A stretch of DNA of 64,000 nt from an uncultured Candidatus Saccharibacteria bacterium (GCA_964610335.1 CAZSVP010000001.1:223442-287441), one strand, 5' to 3'; positions 30,693 through 41,864 are shown, counted from the stretch's first letter. Notes: generated by a model not told the origin, from the sequence alone. Translations and numbers: made by a program.

Positions 30693-30767
30693 ATTGGTTT
30701 ATTATAACCGAAATCAGCCGAGTCTGTGACTAGAATGCTTAGGCTATTTGGCGTATAATTGCGAGCT

Positions 30768-31502
30768 ATGTTTCTACCTGTACAAAGTTTTGTTATGGCA
30801 GTGTTGGCATTTGTGAGCACCTGTGCTGGGGGTGGCTTAGCATACATTTTTCAAGATAAGCTGCACCGAGTACTAGGCTTCTCGGCGGGGTTTATATTAG
30901 GGCTACTGTTTTTTGATTTATTTCCAGAAGTTTTTGGACAATCACAAACACTTTGGCCTGCGGTTGGTGTGGCGGCAGGATTCTTGGGTTTTCATATAGT
31001 TGAGAAACTGGTTGCTGTGCATGGTAATCATGAACACGAGTACAGCCAACATAGTCATGCTGTGGTTGGTAAGTTTGCAGCCGGCGCGTTGATTGTGCAT
31101 AGCTTGCTTGATGGTATAGCGATTGGGGCGAGTTTCTTAATCAGTTCAGCCGCAGGTCTGAGTGTCTCACTAGCCATATTGGCCCACGATTTTACAGATG
31201 GTATGAACACAGTGGCTATTATGCTGCGACATCGTGACAAACCTCGTAACACATTTGGCTTTCTGCTGCTTGATGCAGTTGCCCCAATTGTGGGTGTGGC
31301 TATAAGTCTTTGGCTACATCCATCGGAGCAGGTATTACAGATGATAGTTGCAGTATTTGCAGGATTTCTGCTATATATCGCTACAAGTGACATTTTGCCA
31401 GAAGCTCATAGTAAACATCCCTCTAAGCTTACGTTGGTGTTTACAATTTTAGGTTTATTGCTGGCATTTGTTATTTCGATGTTACTTAGGTCTATAGCCT
31501 AA
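30768..31502 (+). CDS. ZIP-family metal transporter
   Basis: HSLLDGIAIG, HDFTDG and DILPEAH motifs. Confidence 0.9.
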   Translation: MFLPVQSFVMAVLAFVSTCAGGGLAYIFQDKLHRVLGFSAGFILGLLFFDLFPEVFGQSQTLWPAVGVAAGFLGFHIVEKLVAVHGNHEHEYSQHSHAVVGKFAAGALIVHSLLDGIAIGASFLISSAAGLSVSLAILAHDFTDGMNTVAIMLRHRDKPRNTFGFLLLDAVAPIVGVAISLWLHPSEQVLQMIVAVFAGFLLYIATSDILPEAHSKHPSKLTLVFTILGLLLAFVISMLLRSIA

Positions 31503-31553
31503 GGCTGATTATTGTTACAATACAAATAGTCCGCTAGATCCATGGGAGGATCC

Positions 31554-32015
31554 GTGAACCTCGACACAGCATTGCAAGAAGTTCGAAGTATCTTCGACAA
31601 TGACGATCGGCCTGACGATGCTGGATACGTCAGTGTTGAAGTAGCCGCCAGACAGTTCGTAGCGGGCTTGGATCAACAAGCCTTCTGGAAAGTCTTTCAG
31701 CAAGCCAGTACTGACCCGATCATCAAGGCCGAGGCGGGTACAGTCACGGTGACGAGCAGCATGCTTGTAGACGTGCCAGCATGTACGCTCAAGTTGATGC
31801 TGACCCAGTTGCTGCGCTGCGATGCCAAGCTTTGTCAGTTGGAGGAGGAGCGCCATCAGGAGGCCCGCGACTTGGGCATGTTGCCCAGGGTTGTTAAACG
31901 GCCAAACGGCAGTAGCGCAATCGTTTATGGGCCACACAGAAGTTCGAAACCGATCGATGATGCGAGCTTCTGGGATCAGCGAAGGGCCCAACAAGCTCAG
32001 CTTGCAAGCAGGTGA
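31554..32015 (+). CDS. Hypothetical protein (islet)
   Basis: GGGAGG then GTG at 31554; TACAAT upstream; hairpin at 32021-32062 downstream. Confidence 0.6.
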   Translation: MNLDTALQEVRSIFDNDDRPDDAGYVSVEVAARQFVAGLDQQAFWKVFQQASTDPIIKAEAGTVTVTSSMLVDVPACTLKLMLTQLLRCDAKLCQLEEERHQEARDLGMLPRVVKRPNGSSAIVYGPHRSSKPIDDASFWDQRRAQQAQLASR

Positions 32016-32094
32016 CAATCAGCCCATCGAGGCGAGCCAGAGGGGGCCCGCCTCGGCGGGTTCCCTACAGTTATTATTTACAGAAGGACAAATT

Positions 32095-32538
32095 ATGAGC
32101 AAAACTAGCCATGCTCGACACGAGCACAAGAAACACGCTAAATCCAGTGCAGCTATGGGGGACCATATTGATACAAGTTTTCACGAGCCCTCAGTATGGG
32201 TAGACGCCGGCATTGTGATCTGTTTACTTAGCCTGGCATTTTTCTTTATTGTGCCATTTGCAAGTTTTATGTCCACCAATCTAGTGCTAATAATGTTGGC
32301 GTTATTTTCTATCGTGATTGTAGTATTTATGGCTATGGTGTGGCGAAATCGCCCAAGTCAAAGTAGTCACCCACGCCACATAGAAGCAGGGCATGTTACT
32401 TATCTAGCGGCTATTGGGCTACTTAGTATAGCAATCGTTTTTCAGGTTATTAGGCATGAACTCGATGTATGGCTAGTTGTGATACTAGTCATACTAGTTC
32501 TGTTACATGCTATTTATCGAAGATCTGGGCGAAGGTAG
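32095..32538 (+). CDS. Membrane protein with His-rich N-terminus
   Basis: AAGGA SD; four TM segments. Confidence 0.6.
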   Translation: MSKTSHARHEHKKHAKSSAAMGDHIDTSFHEPSVWVDAGIVICLLSLAFFFIVPFASFMSTNLVLIMLALFSIVIVVFMAMVWRNRPSQSSHPRHIEAGHVTYLAAIGLLSIAIVFQVIRHELDVWLVVILVILVLLHAIYRRSGRR

Positions 32539-32542
32539 GTAT

Positions 32543-32938
32543 ATGTCTGAAGAACAAATCAAACAAACTGCAGTCATCAAAGCCCCCGCGCAGGCTGTAT
32601 ATGATGCGCTTATGAACAGTAAACAACATGCCGAGTTTACTCGAGCTGCTGCAAATATTGAGAACAAGGTTGATGGTGAATTTAGTGTATGGGATGGCTA
32701 TGCAACTGGCAAGAACCTGGAGCTAGACCCTGGCAAGAAGATAGTGCAGTCATGGCATGCTAGCGATTGGCCAGATGGAGTGGAGAGTACTGTTATTTAT
32801 GAGCTTAGTGAGAAAGATGGAGCTACCACTATTAACCTTACTCAAATTGGTGTGCCTGAAGAGTTTGTAAATGATGTAGCGCAGGGTTGGCAAGACTATT
32901 ATTGGGAGCCGTTGCAGCAATATTTCGATAAGGGCTAG
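32543..32938 (+). CDS. SRPBCC/AHSA1-like protein
   Basis: VYDALM, KIVQSW and GWQDYYW motifs. Confidence 0.85.
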   Translation: MSEEQIKQTAVIKAPAQAVYDALMNSKQHAEFTRAAANIENKVDGEFSVWDGYATGKNLELDPGKKIVQSWHASDWPDGVESTVIYELSEKDGATTINLTQIGVPEEFVNDVAQGWQDYYWEPLQQYFDKG

Positions 32939-32940
32939 CT

Positions 32941-33369
32941 ATGAAGATAGTATTGTTTATACATATGTTCTCACTAGTGTTGGCATATGGTGCAGTTTTA
33001 CTAGTTGATTGGGCAGGACTATGGTTTGTAGTAGGTCAAAAACCCAAAGAAGACCTACTTAAGCTCAGCCGGACTGCGCAGCCACTAATATGGCTTGGGC
33101 TTATTGGCTTAATTGTCTCAGGAATATTTCTGCATCCACATCTCAACAAGCCCATAACACAACTTAAGATGATATTAGTTCTAATAATATTTTGTAATGG
33201 TATCAATCTGCATTTTGTACAGCGTGCCATGTCATCTGAAAAGGTTGAGTCGTTTTGGCAACTACCTAGTAAGCTTAAACTATGGAGCGCTATTTCTATA
33301 ACACTATCTCAACTGGCATGGCTGGGAGCTATGATCATTGGATTTGTAAACACGGCAAGCCGATTTTAG
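32941..33369 (+). CDS. Membrane protein
   Basis: Four TM segments. Confidence 0.6.
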   Translation: MKIVLFIHMFSLVLAYGAVLLVDWAGLWFVVGQKPKEDLLKLSRTAQPLIWLGLIGLIVSGIFLHPHLNKPITQLKMILVLIIFCNGINLHFVQRAMSSEKVESFWQLPSKLKLWSAISITLSQLAWLGAMIIGFVNTASRF

Positions 33370-33428
33370 GTTTGAAGAGGTAGTTAGATCTGGAAATTAC
33401 CTAGTTTTTAAGATATAATTCCACCATC

Positions 33429-34337
33429 ATGAGTAAGCCAATATATGTATTGTTGTACTACAAGTTTGTCGATGTTGCGGATGCCAGGTTTGAGGTAATG
33501 CAGCATAAATTGGTGTGTGAGGGAATTGGCTTAAAAGGCCGTATTTTGATTGGCGAAGAGGGGATAAATGGCACCGTTGCTGGGCCACGACACTTGCTCA
33601 AAGCTTATACTCGGTATATGGATGGACACCCATTGTTTAAGGGGATCGTATTTAAGTGGAGTCCTGCCGGCAAGATGCCGTTTCCAAAGCTAATTGTCCG
33701 ATACCGCACTGAGATTGTAACATTAGGTAAAAATGTGGACATGAACAAAACCGGTAAGCGCTTAAGCCCAGAACAGTTTCACGAGATGTTGTCGAACGAG
33801 CAAGATATTGCGATTGTTGATATGCGTAATAATTATGAATACGAGGTAGGACGGTTTGAGGGGGCAATCCAACCAGACACCACTAAATTCTACGAGCTAC
33901 CTCAAAAAGTGAAAAACTTAAAACTAGACCCTAAGAAGAAAGTGCTTACTTATTGTACTGGTGGAATTCGCTGCGAAAAAGCAACTGCGCTACTGGCTGA
34001 AGAGGGGTTTGAGGATGTTTACCAACTAGAAGGTGGTATAGTGAAGTATCTTGAGAAATTTCCTAATGGCTACTTCAAGGGTAAAAATTTTGTATTTGAT
34101 GATCGTATGGTAACCAATACCGACACTCCAAGTGGCGGAGTTGTATTGGGTGAGTGCGCGCACTGCAAAGCTGCTTGTGATCGCTACATAGATTGTGCCA
34201 AGCCCGATTGTCATCAGCTTTTTATTTGCTGCAAAACATGTGAATCCGACTATAAGGGGCTGTGCCCAGTAGCTGTAAAAGATGGCACAAAGCACAAGCC
34301 ACTAAAAAAGAAGCATACTGTCAATTCAAGCGGTTAG
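33429..34337 (+). CDS. trhO: Rhodanese-domain tRNA U34 hydroxylase (TrhO/YceA-like)
   Basis: EGINGT, DMRNNYE, YCTGGIRCEK and FVFDDR motifs. Confidence 0.85.
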   Translation: MSKPIYVLLYYKFVDVADARFEVMQHKLVCEGIGLKGRILIGEEGINGTVAGPRHLLKAYTRYMDGHPLFKGIVFKWSPAGKMPFPKLIVRYRTEIVTLGKNVDMNKTGKRLSPEQFHEMLSNEQDIAIVDMRNNYEYEVGRFEGAIQPDTTKFYELPQKVKNLKLDPKKKVLTYCTGGIRCEKATALLAEEGFEDVYQLEGGIVKYLEKFPNGYFKGKNFVFDDRMVTNTDTPSGGVVLGECAHCKAACDRYIDCAKPDCHQLFICCKTCESDYKGLCPVAVKDGTKHKPLKKKHTVNSSG

Positions 34338-34343
34338 CGCTTG

Positions 34344-35666
34344 CTAAAGTTTTTTCAGTTCTTCACGTACAACTTTACGATCGTCCCATGGTTTTGATTT
34401 GCCATCGATCACAATAGTCTGTTCGGCACCTTTGCCAGTAATAAATACTAAATCGCCCTTGTTGGCTAACTCTAGGGCCTTGTGTATGCCAGCACGACGA
34501 TCTTCTATCAAGAAGAGATCTTTGTCGCGTTTTTTGCTAGCTTTCTCTGTGCCCTTTGCTATGTCTTCTATGATAGGCATTGGGTCATCTTCGTATGGGT
34601 CGACGTTACTGATCACAACATAGTCGGCAACTTTGCCAACAATTTCACCCATGATAGGGCGCTTTTTCCTGTCACGGCCACCGCCTTCGGCACCAAGTAG
34701 TACTATGATTTTCAATGATTTTGACTTCATGGCTTGGGCGCTTTCCATCAAGGCCTGCATACCAGCTTCCTCATGTGCATAGTCTACAAACACAGTAAAG
34801 CTTTGGCCTTCGTCAATTGGCTCCATTCGGCCTGGTATTGATTCAAGATTGCGAAAACCCTGCTCGATTTGTCCTGGCAGCACACCTAGCTCTCGAGCTA
34901 CAGCAACCGCTGCAGTTGCATTGGCAACATTTACAGGACCGACTATGTTTATGTGGTAATCAACATCGCGAACTACAAAGTCAGTACCTTCTTTGCTTGC
35001 CTTGATACTGCTAGCTTGGTAATCACTATCAGCCTTAATGCTGTAACCAACCTTCTTCTTGATGGGAAAGTTGGTGTAGGCAGCCGCGTGCTCACTGTCG
35101 ACATTTGCCACTATCATTGGTTCTATTTTCTTACCAGCTATTATCTTAGGTTTTTGACGAGCTGTTTGTGAGAACACACGCTTATTGTGCTTGTGTAGTA
35201 TATCCATTCGAAAGTTGTGCGGAGCCATGAGTTCTTCGGTAACATTGGTAAATACTAAAACATCAAAATGAATACCAACATGTCGATACTGAGTTTGGCC
35301 TTCCGATGGAACTTCCAAGACAACGTATTTACAGCCAGCTGCCACCATTTCTGAAAACAGCTTTTGTAATACAAAAGCACCCGGCATGGTTAGGTGGTAA
35401 GGGTTAAGCCTCTCTTGCTGACCTATTCTGATGTTGGCGGTACCTATTAGGCCAGCTTTAGCACCAGATGCTTGAAGTGTTGACCAAATCATGTTGGCAG
35501 TGGTTGTTTTGCCCTTGCTTCCAACAATACCAATTACAATTAAGCTAGTTGTAGGGTCACGATGGATAAACTGTGCAGTCCGTGATTCGCCATAGTGGAA
35601 GGCGTTCATAAGTGGCTTAGGCGTCAGTGGGCGCAGTCGTTTTTTGATAGTTTTGGTAAGCTTCAT
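34344..35666 (-). CDS. murE: Mur ligase, MurE-like
   Basis: GSKGKTTT, PGRME, DYAH, KRPIMG and GKGAE motifs. Confidence 0.8.
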   Translation of the reverse strand: MKLTKTIKKRLRPLTPKPLMNAFHYGESRTAQFIHRDPTTSLIVIGIVGSKGKTTTANMIWSTLQASGAKAGLIGTANIRIGQQERLNPYHLTMPGAFVLQKLFSEMVAAGCKYVVLEVPSEGQTQYRHVGIHFDVLVFTNVTEELMAPHNFRMDILHKHNKRVFSQTARQKPKIIAGKKIEPMIVANVDSEHAAAYTNFPIKKKVGYSIKADSDYQASSIKASKEGTDFVVRDVDYHINIVGPVNVANATAAVAVARELGVLPGQIEQGFRNLESIPGRMEPIDEGQSFTVFVDYAHEEAGMQALMESAQAMKSKSLKIIVLLGAEGGGRDRKKRPIMGEIVGKVADYVVISNVDPYEDDPMPIIEDIAKGTEKASKKRDKDLFLIEDRRAGIHKALELANKGDLVFITGKGAEQTIVIDGKSKPWDDRKVVREELKKL

Positions 35667-35755
35667 AGACCTAAGTATAGAGTTGATAGTTGAAACTATC
35701 CAGACTTGCTCATGGGACTTTGTACTTTTTTCTTATTACTTATATGATGTGTAGT

Positions 35756-36661
35756 ATGCTAAAAATTATTCAAGCTTGTACTAACCTAGGTAGTGACAAT
35801 GCCGGCACTGAGAAGGCTCCACCCTATATATTAGACAAAAGCCTTAGAGCTGGGTTGGAACACAACTCTATAGCATACGCTGAGGCTCCAGCTGTACATG
35901 ACCCTGTAGATATTGTAGAGAACAAAACCACAAATCTGCATAACCATGCAGCCGTTCTAGAGTTTAGCAAGAATCTCAATCAAACTATTTTGGATGCAGT
36001 TGAGGCTGATGATATCGCACTAACTATAGGTGGCGATCACTCAGTAAGTATTGGGTCGTTTTTTGCCACTAAAGCAAATTATGAAAATGCTTGTATACTG
36101 TACATCGATGCACATCCAGATTGCACTACACCATCAACAACATTGACTGGGAATATCCATGGCATGCCAGTTTCGACAGTGCTTGGTGATGCTCTATACA
36201 TAGAGTTTGGTTTGCCCAAGTATAACTATGACGAAGTATTTATGATCGGTGTTAAAGATATCGATCCGGCGGAGACGGAATATCTTAACAAGCACTCAAT
36301 TGTGTATAAAACAATCGATAATATTACCCACGATGGTATTGGCCCGACTCTAGACGCATTACTAAAGCTTATCGGCAATCGTCCGCTACATGTTAGTCTG
36401 GATATAGATGGGGTAGATATCAGTGAGGCTCCAGGAACTGGCATACTCAACAAGGGTGGTCTTAGCTATCGAGAAGTTAGTTACATTTGTCGCGCTGTGG
36501 CCCAGAGTTGTAACATAGTGGCAATTGACCAAGTAGAAGTAAATCCTGATCGTGATGTTGATAACAAAACTACAGAATTGGCAGCAGAATTATTAGTAAG
36601 CTTACTTGGCGGCAACTGGGATGCATATACAAGGTATATAGAACTTCAGAAACAACGCTAA
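35756..36661 (+). CDS. Arginase family protein
   Basis: GGDHS, DAHPD, GNIHGMP, SLDID and EVNP motifs. Confidence 0.9.
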   Translation: MLKIIQACTNLGSDNAGTEKAPPYILDKSLRAGLEHNSIAYAEAPAVHDPVDIVENKTTNLHNHAAVLEFSKNLNQTILDAVEADDIALTIGGDHSVSIGSFFATKANYENACILYIDAHPDCTTPSTTLTGNIHGMPVSTVLGDALYIEFGLPKYNYDEVFMIGVKDIDPAETEYLNKHSIVYKTIDNITHDGIGPTLDALLKLIGNRPLHVSLDIDGVDISEAPGTGILNKGGLSYREVSYICRAVAQSCNIVAIDQVEVNPDRDVDNKTTELAAELLVSLLGGNWDAYTRYIELQKQR

Positions 36662-36706
36662 AGCATAGCCATTTTGAGTACTTGTTTGGTATAATTGTCC
36701 TTAACT

Positions 36707-37954
36707 ATGCCAGATCCAGACAATACATTTCCTATACCGCCACTTTCACCAAAAACCGATGGGACAAGTGCGGCCACGCCGGGAATGCCACCACAGCCAG
36801 GGGCCACACCACCCGGCCCTATGCCAAGCAATGATTGGGTTGCACCTTCTCAGCCTGCTGCAGCTACGCCTCCTCCAGTGGCACCACCAGTCATGGACCA
36901 ACCTGCACCTGCACCCATGTCTGCTCAACCAGCACCAGCGCCGATCACACCCGCCCAACCTGCACCTGCCCCAGTGCCACAACCAACGCCAATCCCTCAG
37001 CCAAGCATTCCAGTCGACGATGGACTAGGCGCACCACCACCAGGGGCGCCCGTTTCTGGCCAACCAGCACCAGCTCCAGTGCCGCAACCAATACCGCCCG
37101 CTGAAGCCACTGTTCCTATGCCACCACCAACCACAGAACCTACCAACATGCTTGATCTATCAGCTTCAGCAAATGCTGGGGTACCAAACCAACCAGTTCC
37201 ACCACCGGGCATGAGCCCAGCAGGCACTGGCCTACCAACTGACATGAACACCGATCTTATGGCTGCTGACGCCGCTATGTTAGGTACTGATGTAGCAGTG
37301 GAGCAACCCAAAAAGAGTAAGCTCAAAATCGTAATAATTGTGGCCCTTGTGTTTGTTGGTCTTATCTTGGTATTGAGTTTAGTTTTGTATCTCACTGGTC
37401 GATCAAGCCGTAAACCAGCCATAGAGCTAAACGAGACGCAGAATACCCAACAAACTCAAACTCAACCAGCCACCGATCCAAACGCTCCAGCTGCCATCCC
37501 AGAGGGCTTTGTGAAGATTACTCGTGATTGCTACAGTTTTGGGTTTCCAGCCGATAACACTATTCCTCCAGCTGAAAAATCCTGTTCTCTAAACGCCAAG
37601 ATCGGCAAGCTTGGACTTGGTAGTATGACGGTTGTTCCGAGCACAAACGTGGTTAACAACCTCGATGATTTGTTGGCAGTCGCCAAAAGCTCCAACAAAG
37701 TGCTAAGTGAAGAAGATACTAAGATCAATGGCGTTGCTGCCAAGAAATTGGTGATAGATGGAGGTGCTTCCGGCCAGTCAGTGAAATACTTGGTAATTGT
37801 GAAGGACAAGGGTTATACGCTCAATGGCAAGCCAGTCCAAAGCTTTGATATTACTATCTCTACTGGCCAAGACTTTTTCAAGAAAGTCGCCGATACAGCA
37901 ATTAGCACTTGGCAATGGGCTACTACGACACCTGCCGCAGCAACAACTCCATAA
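36707..37954 (+). CDS. Pro-rich single-TM surface protein
   Basis: Long P/A/Q-rich N-terminus with repeated QPAPAP, then TM and a globular C-terminus. Confidence 0.75.
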   Translation: MPDPDNTFPIPPLSPKTDGTSAATPGMPPQPGATPPGPMPSNDWVAPSQPAAATPPPVAPPVMDQPAPAPMSAQPAPAPITPAQPAPAPVPQPTPIPQPSIPVDDGLGAPPPGAPVSGQPAPAPVPQPIPPAEATVPMPPPTTEPTNMLDLSASANAGVPNQPVPPPGMSPAGTGLPTDMNTDLMAADAAMLGTDVAVEQPKKSKLKIVIIVALVFVGLILVLSLVLYLTGRSSRKPAIELNETQNTQQTQTQPATDPNAPAAIPEGFVKITRDCYSFGFPADNTIPPAEKSCSLNAKIGKLGLGSMTVVPSTNVVNNLDDLLAVAKSSNKVLSEEDTKINGVAAKKLVIDGGASGQSVKYLVIVKDKGYTLNGKPVQSFDITISTGQDFFKKVADTAISTWQWATTTPAAATTP

Positions 37955-38042
37955 CTTCTCTATTGTTGTAATTAGCTCATAAATATGATATTTTTGTTCA
38001 ATCCGTGACAAGAGGTAACGGATTGAGACCCCTAGGAGACGT

Positions 38043-38399
38043 ATGCAAGCTCTGTCATATTCGGAGCGAGCAGAACTGGAAGCGGAAGCATCCAAAGTGC
38101 TCGACAGACACCTAGAAGAAAGGGAGGAACTCAAGCAACTGGTGCCAGACAGCAGTCACCCTGCCTATGAGGATGCAGTTGGCTACTTGGTCCACAACTT
38201 CAGCTCGCAGTACAAGGGCGGTCGGCGTACCGGCTTCATCATGAGTACTCAGCTCAGAAGTGGACTGGAGACCCACTTGCGTAATCGAGCTGCTCGACGC
38301 TTCATCGAGGCAGAAGCAGCCGGTCGTACGCATCATCGCTTTCACAAAGGCAAGACACGTGAAGGTCAGCAGATCCGGCGGCGGAGTGGCAGACGGTGA
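38043..38399 (+). CDS. Hypothetical basic protein (islet)
   Basis: 5' hairpin TCAATCCGT...ACGGATTGA; SD AGGAG. Confidence 0.65.
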   Translation: MQALSYSERAELEAEASKVLDRHLEEREELKQLVPDSSHPAYEDAVGYLVHNFSSQYKGGRRTGFIMSTQLRSGLETHLRNRAARRFIEAEAAGRTHHRFHKGKTREGQQIRRRSGRR

Positions 38400-38695
38400 G
38401 CTCGGCGCAGCGACACAAGGTCGCAACTCAGCTTGCTGAAGCCATGTCTGGCAATCCCATGTATCAATCAGTAGTAGAGAAGTTTGGTTTCGATGCTGTC
38501 GTCGGTGAGCTCACATCTCGTATGGGCAACCGGCAACGGCTGCAGCCCAGTGAGATCGAGACCTTCTTGACCAACACGTTGCCTCGTCGAGGTGACAACA
38601 TGGTCAACGATGCGCTTCGGATCAGTCATTCTCGTGGAGGTCGGCGTGCTCCGGCACGTCGTTTGGGACAGACCCCATCCTGGTTTGCCCCATGA
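38396..38695 (+). CDS. Hypothetical protein (islet)
   Basis: GTGA coupling with the upstream ORF. Confidence 0.6.
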   Translation: MSSAQRHKVATQLAEAMSGNPMYQSVVEKFGFDAVVGELTSRMGNRQRLQPSEIETFLTNTLPRRGDNMVNDALRISHSRGGRRAPARRLGQTPSWFAP

Positions 38696-38719
38696 ATTGA
38701 GGGAGGTTCCTCAAGTCGC

Positions 38720-38760
38720 GGAATCAGCCGTCTGCACAGCGTTGTGCGGACGGCTGTTCC
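38720..38760 (+). terminator. Terminal hairpin of islet
   Basis: GGAA-T-CAGCCGTCTGCACA-gcgt-TGTGCGGACGGCTG-TTCC. Confidence 0.65.
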
Positions 38761-38821
38761 AATTTGTAGCCATAATATTGTAAGCTTGATACTTCGTACC
38801 TGATAAGTGATACTTGGTAAC

Positions 38822-40561
38822 ATGAACGATGTTGAAGAAGTAAAGAACAGACTTGATATTGTTGAGGTGGTTGGTGGTTATGTACCGCTCAAACAGGCCG
38901 GGCGTAATCACAAGGGTTTAAGCCCGTTCAAGACCGAGAAAACACCTAGTTTTATGGTAAGTGCTGAGAAGGGCATATGGCACGATTTCAGCACTGGCAA
39001 GGGCGGCGACGTAATAAGTTTTGTTATGCTGATGGAGGGCTTAGAGTTTCGCGACGCGCTAGAAATGTTGGCTAAGCGCGCTGGGGTACAGCTAAAACCT
39101 CGATCAAAGAATGCTTCTGTCAATCAATCCAAAAAAGTTCGATTGTATGAAGCTGTTGAGCTGGCTATGCGCTATTATCACTACTGTTTGGGCCGCAATA
39201 AGACAGCATTTGACTACTTCACTAAACAGCGGCGACTTAAACCGTCAACAATTAAGAACTTCAAGTTGGGTTATAGCCCCGATGGGTGGGAGAATCTCAA
39301 GAATTTCTTGATCAAAAAGGGATTTACACAAACAGAGATTAAGGAAGCTGGGCTTGCTACCAACAAGCCGGGCAGCAACTCATACTACGATGTTTTCCGT
39401 GGCAGAGTAATGTTTCCGGTGTTTGATGCACAGAATCGACCAATCGGCTTTTCGGCCCGAATATTGGGGGATCAGAAAGCGGCCAAATACATCAATTCTC
39501 CTCAATCGCTGATTTACGACAAGTCCACAGCTATTTATGGTTATGCCCAGGCCAAAGAAGCCATTCGGGTGCAAGAAAAAGCAGTGATAGTAGAGGGAAA
39601 CATGGATGTGCTAGCACTGCATGATGCTGGGTTTCAAAACGTTGTTGCATGTAGTGGCACAGCATTGACCGCCCAACAGATTAAGACACTTAGTTATCTG
39701 ACTCCCAATATTTTCCTATGTTTTGACAATGACGAGGCTGGCTTCAATGCCACATTGCGCGCCATCGAGGTAGCAGCAGATCTAGACGTACGATTGTTTG
39801 TCATTACTCTAGATGGTGTTAAAGATCCTGGAGAGCTCAAGCAAATAAAGAAAGAATGGCCTAAGTCAACAGCGGCAGCACTATATGCGCCAGATTATAT
39901 ACTTTCATGGGTACGCACCAAGTTTGACCTGACTACTGCATTGGGCAAGCGTGATGCTACTACTCCATTGGTTTCTATGCTTGAAAGACTAGATGATGAT
40001 ATAGAACGCTCGCACTATTTGAAGAAATGTAGCCAGTTACTTGATGTGTCAGAAGCACAGCTACTGAATAAGCTTGGTTCACAAAAGACTCAGCCAAAAG
40101 CTTTAGAAAGTGAGCCAGTCGATCAAGCCCCAGTCAGTCAACCTTTGAGTCGACAGCAGCAGCTTGAGTTAAGTCTTTTTGAGCTACTACTAGTTCAACC
40201 ACAGGTACGTGATGTTGTGTTGGAACTGGACCTTTCAAAAGTGAGTGAGCGGTTTCGGCCATATATGCAGGTATTGTCGGAGCATCTTACTGCCAACCTG
40301 GAAACCATAGCAAAAGCCTTGCCAGATAAGGAAAATGCTGTTAAAATTGCTGCATTACGTGGGGAACAAGAATACTCCGACTTATCGGAGCATGACGCAA
40401 GGCTCGAAGCCTATACCCAATTGCATCGTTTGCAGCATTATTACGTACAACTCAATAAACATCAGTTGGCACATGCCATAGCCGAAGCCGAGGCAGCTGG
40501 TGAGCACAAACAGGTCAAAAAACTATTGGCCGAATACCAACAGCTTCTAAATCAAGAATAA
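38822..40561 (+). CDS. dnaG: DNA primase
   Basis: EKTPSF, FRGRVMFP, KYINSP, VEGNMD and FDNDEAG motifs. Confidence 0.95.
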   Translation: MNDVEEVKNRLDIVEVVGGYVPLKQAGRNHKGLSPFKTEKTPSFMVSAEKGIWHDFSTGKGGDVISFVMLMEGLEFRDALEMLAKRAGVQLKPRSKNASVNQSKKVRLYEAVELAMRYYHYCLGRNKTAFDYFTKQRRLKPSTIKNFKLGYSPDGWENLKNFLIKKGFTQTEIKEAGLATNKPGSNSYYDVFRGRVMFPVFDAQNRPIGFSARILGDQKAAKYINSPQSLIYDKSTAIYGYAQAKEAIRVQEKAVIVEGNMDVLALHDAGFQNVVACSGTALTAQQIKTLSYLTPNIFLCFDNDEAGFNATLRAIEVAADLDVRLFVITLDGVKDPGELKQIKKEWPKSTAAALYAPDYILSWVRTKFDLTTALGKRDATTPLVSMLERLDDDIERSHYLKKCSQLLDVSEAQLLNKLGSQKTQPKALESEPVDQAPVSQPLSRQQQLELSLFELLLVQPQVRDVVLELDLSKVSERFRPYMQVLSEHLTANLETIAKALPDKENAVKIAALRGEQEYSDLSEHDARLEAYTQLHRLQHYYVQLNKHQLAHAIAEAEAAGEHKQVKKLLAEYQQLLNQE

Positions 40562-40631
40562 AATACAATTACATACCAATTATTGAGATTATTCTCAAGC
40601 TGTAGTTATTATTAAACAACAAGGAACTCTC

Positions 40632-41864
40632 ATGCCCCAAAAAGCCAAGCCCAAGGCCGCTAAACCAGCAAGTAAACCTACTAAGGCCACTAAGCCAGCT
40701 AGCAAGCCAAAGCCTAAACCAAAAGCCAAGCCCGCCAAGGCTGTAAAAGCTACAAAGAAGGCTACCAAAGGTGGTAAGCCAGTAGAACCAACCATCGAGA
40801 TTACTCCAGAGATAGAAACACTGGTTATGAAGGGTCGAGAACAGGGCTTTGTGACCCAACAAGAAGTTATGATTGCCATGCCGCAAGCTGAAGATGATGT
40901 GGAAGCACTTGATGACTTGTATAGCCATTTGATCGACCAAGGCATCGAAGTAGTTGACCAGAAGGACAAACTGATATGGCAGACTGAGCCAGAAGAGGAT
41001 GTTGAAAACGCTGTCAGCGAAGACTATATCAAAGATATTGCCGACGACTCTGTCCGGTTGTATTTGCGAGAGATTGGTAAGATACCACTTATCAAGGCTG
41101 AAGACGAAGTAGCACTAGCCAAACGTATTGAGAAGGGCGACAAAGCTGCTAAGGATGCTCTTGCTGAGGCCAATATGCGCTTGGTTGTGAGTATTGCCAA
41201 GAAGTACATTGGTCGTGGACTTGACCTATTGGATCTGATCCAAGAGGGGAACACTGGCCTTTTGCGAGCTGTAGAGAAATTTGACTACACCAAGGGGTTT
41301 AAGTTTAGCACTTACGCCACGTGGTGGATTCGACAAGCCATCACTCGTGCCATTGCCGATCAAGCTCGTGTGATCCGTATACCGGTTCATATGTTTGAGA
41401 CTATCAACAAGCTTATTCGCTTGCAGCGTCGCATGACCCAGGAACTCGGCCGAGAACCAACCTCTGAAGAGCTTGGTAAGGAGATGGAGATGGACGTGGA
41501 GAAGGTCAATCACATCCTCAAGATCAGCCAAGACACCACTAGTCTGGATGCTGCTGTTGGTGAAGATGAAGACAGTAGCCTTGGTGATTTTATCCAAGAC
41601 GAAGATTCTGTAAGCCCCGAGGAAGCTGCTACTTATGAGCTACTCAAGGAGCACATCAACGAAACTCTCGATCTTCTAACTCCGCGTGAGCAGAAGATAC
41701 TACGTATGCGATTTGGGCTCGAAGATGGTCGTATGCACACGCTTGAAGAGGTGGGGCAGGAGTTTGGTGTCACGCGTGAGCGTATTCGTCAGATTGAAGC
41801 CAAAGCGCTTACCAAGCTACGCAAGAATCGTGATAGCAAGAAGCTTGAAGATTATTTGAGCTAG
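40632..41864 (+). CDS. rpoD: Primary sigma factor sigma70
   Basis: [27 protein letters not shown] and [10 protein letters not shown] motifs. Confidence 0.97.
   Translation: MPQKAKPKAAKPASKPTKATKPASKPKPKPKAKPAKAVKATKKATKGGKPVEPTIEITPEIETLVMKGREQGFVTQQEVMIAMPQAEDDVEALDDLYSHLIDQGIEVVDQKDKLIWQTEPEEDVENAVSEDYIKDIADDSVRLYLREIGKIPLIKAEDEVALAKRIEKGDKAAKDALAEANMRLVVSIAKKYIGRGLDLLDLIQEGNTGLLRAVEKFDYTKGFKFSTYATWWIRQAITRAIADQARVIRIPVHMFETINKLIRLQRRMTQELGREPTSEELGKEMEMDVEKVNHILKISQDTTSLDAAVGEDEDSSLGDFIQDEDSVSPEEAATYELLKEHINETLDLLTPREQKILRMRFGLEDGRMHTLEEVGQEFGVTRERIRQIEAKALTKLRKNRDSKKLEDYLS

Noticed and set aside
31557-31567. AACCTCGACAC as another leader-motif copy
   Set aside because: It lies inside the coding sequence, downstream of the GGGAGG/GTG start.
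26760-38760. Panhandle pairing in the islets at 26.7, 31.5 and 38.0 kb
   Set aside because: Only short or G-U-rich matches were found, so the rule is not shown for every islet.
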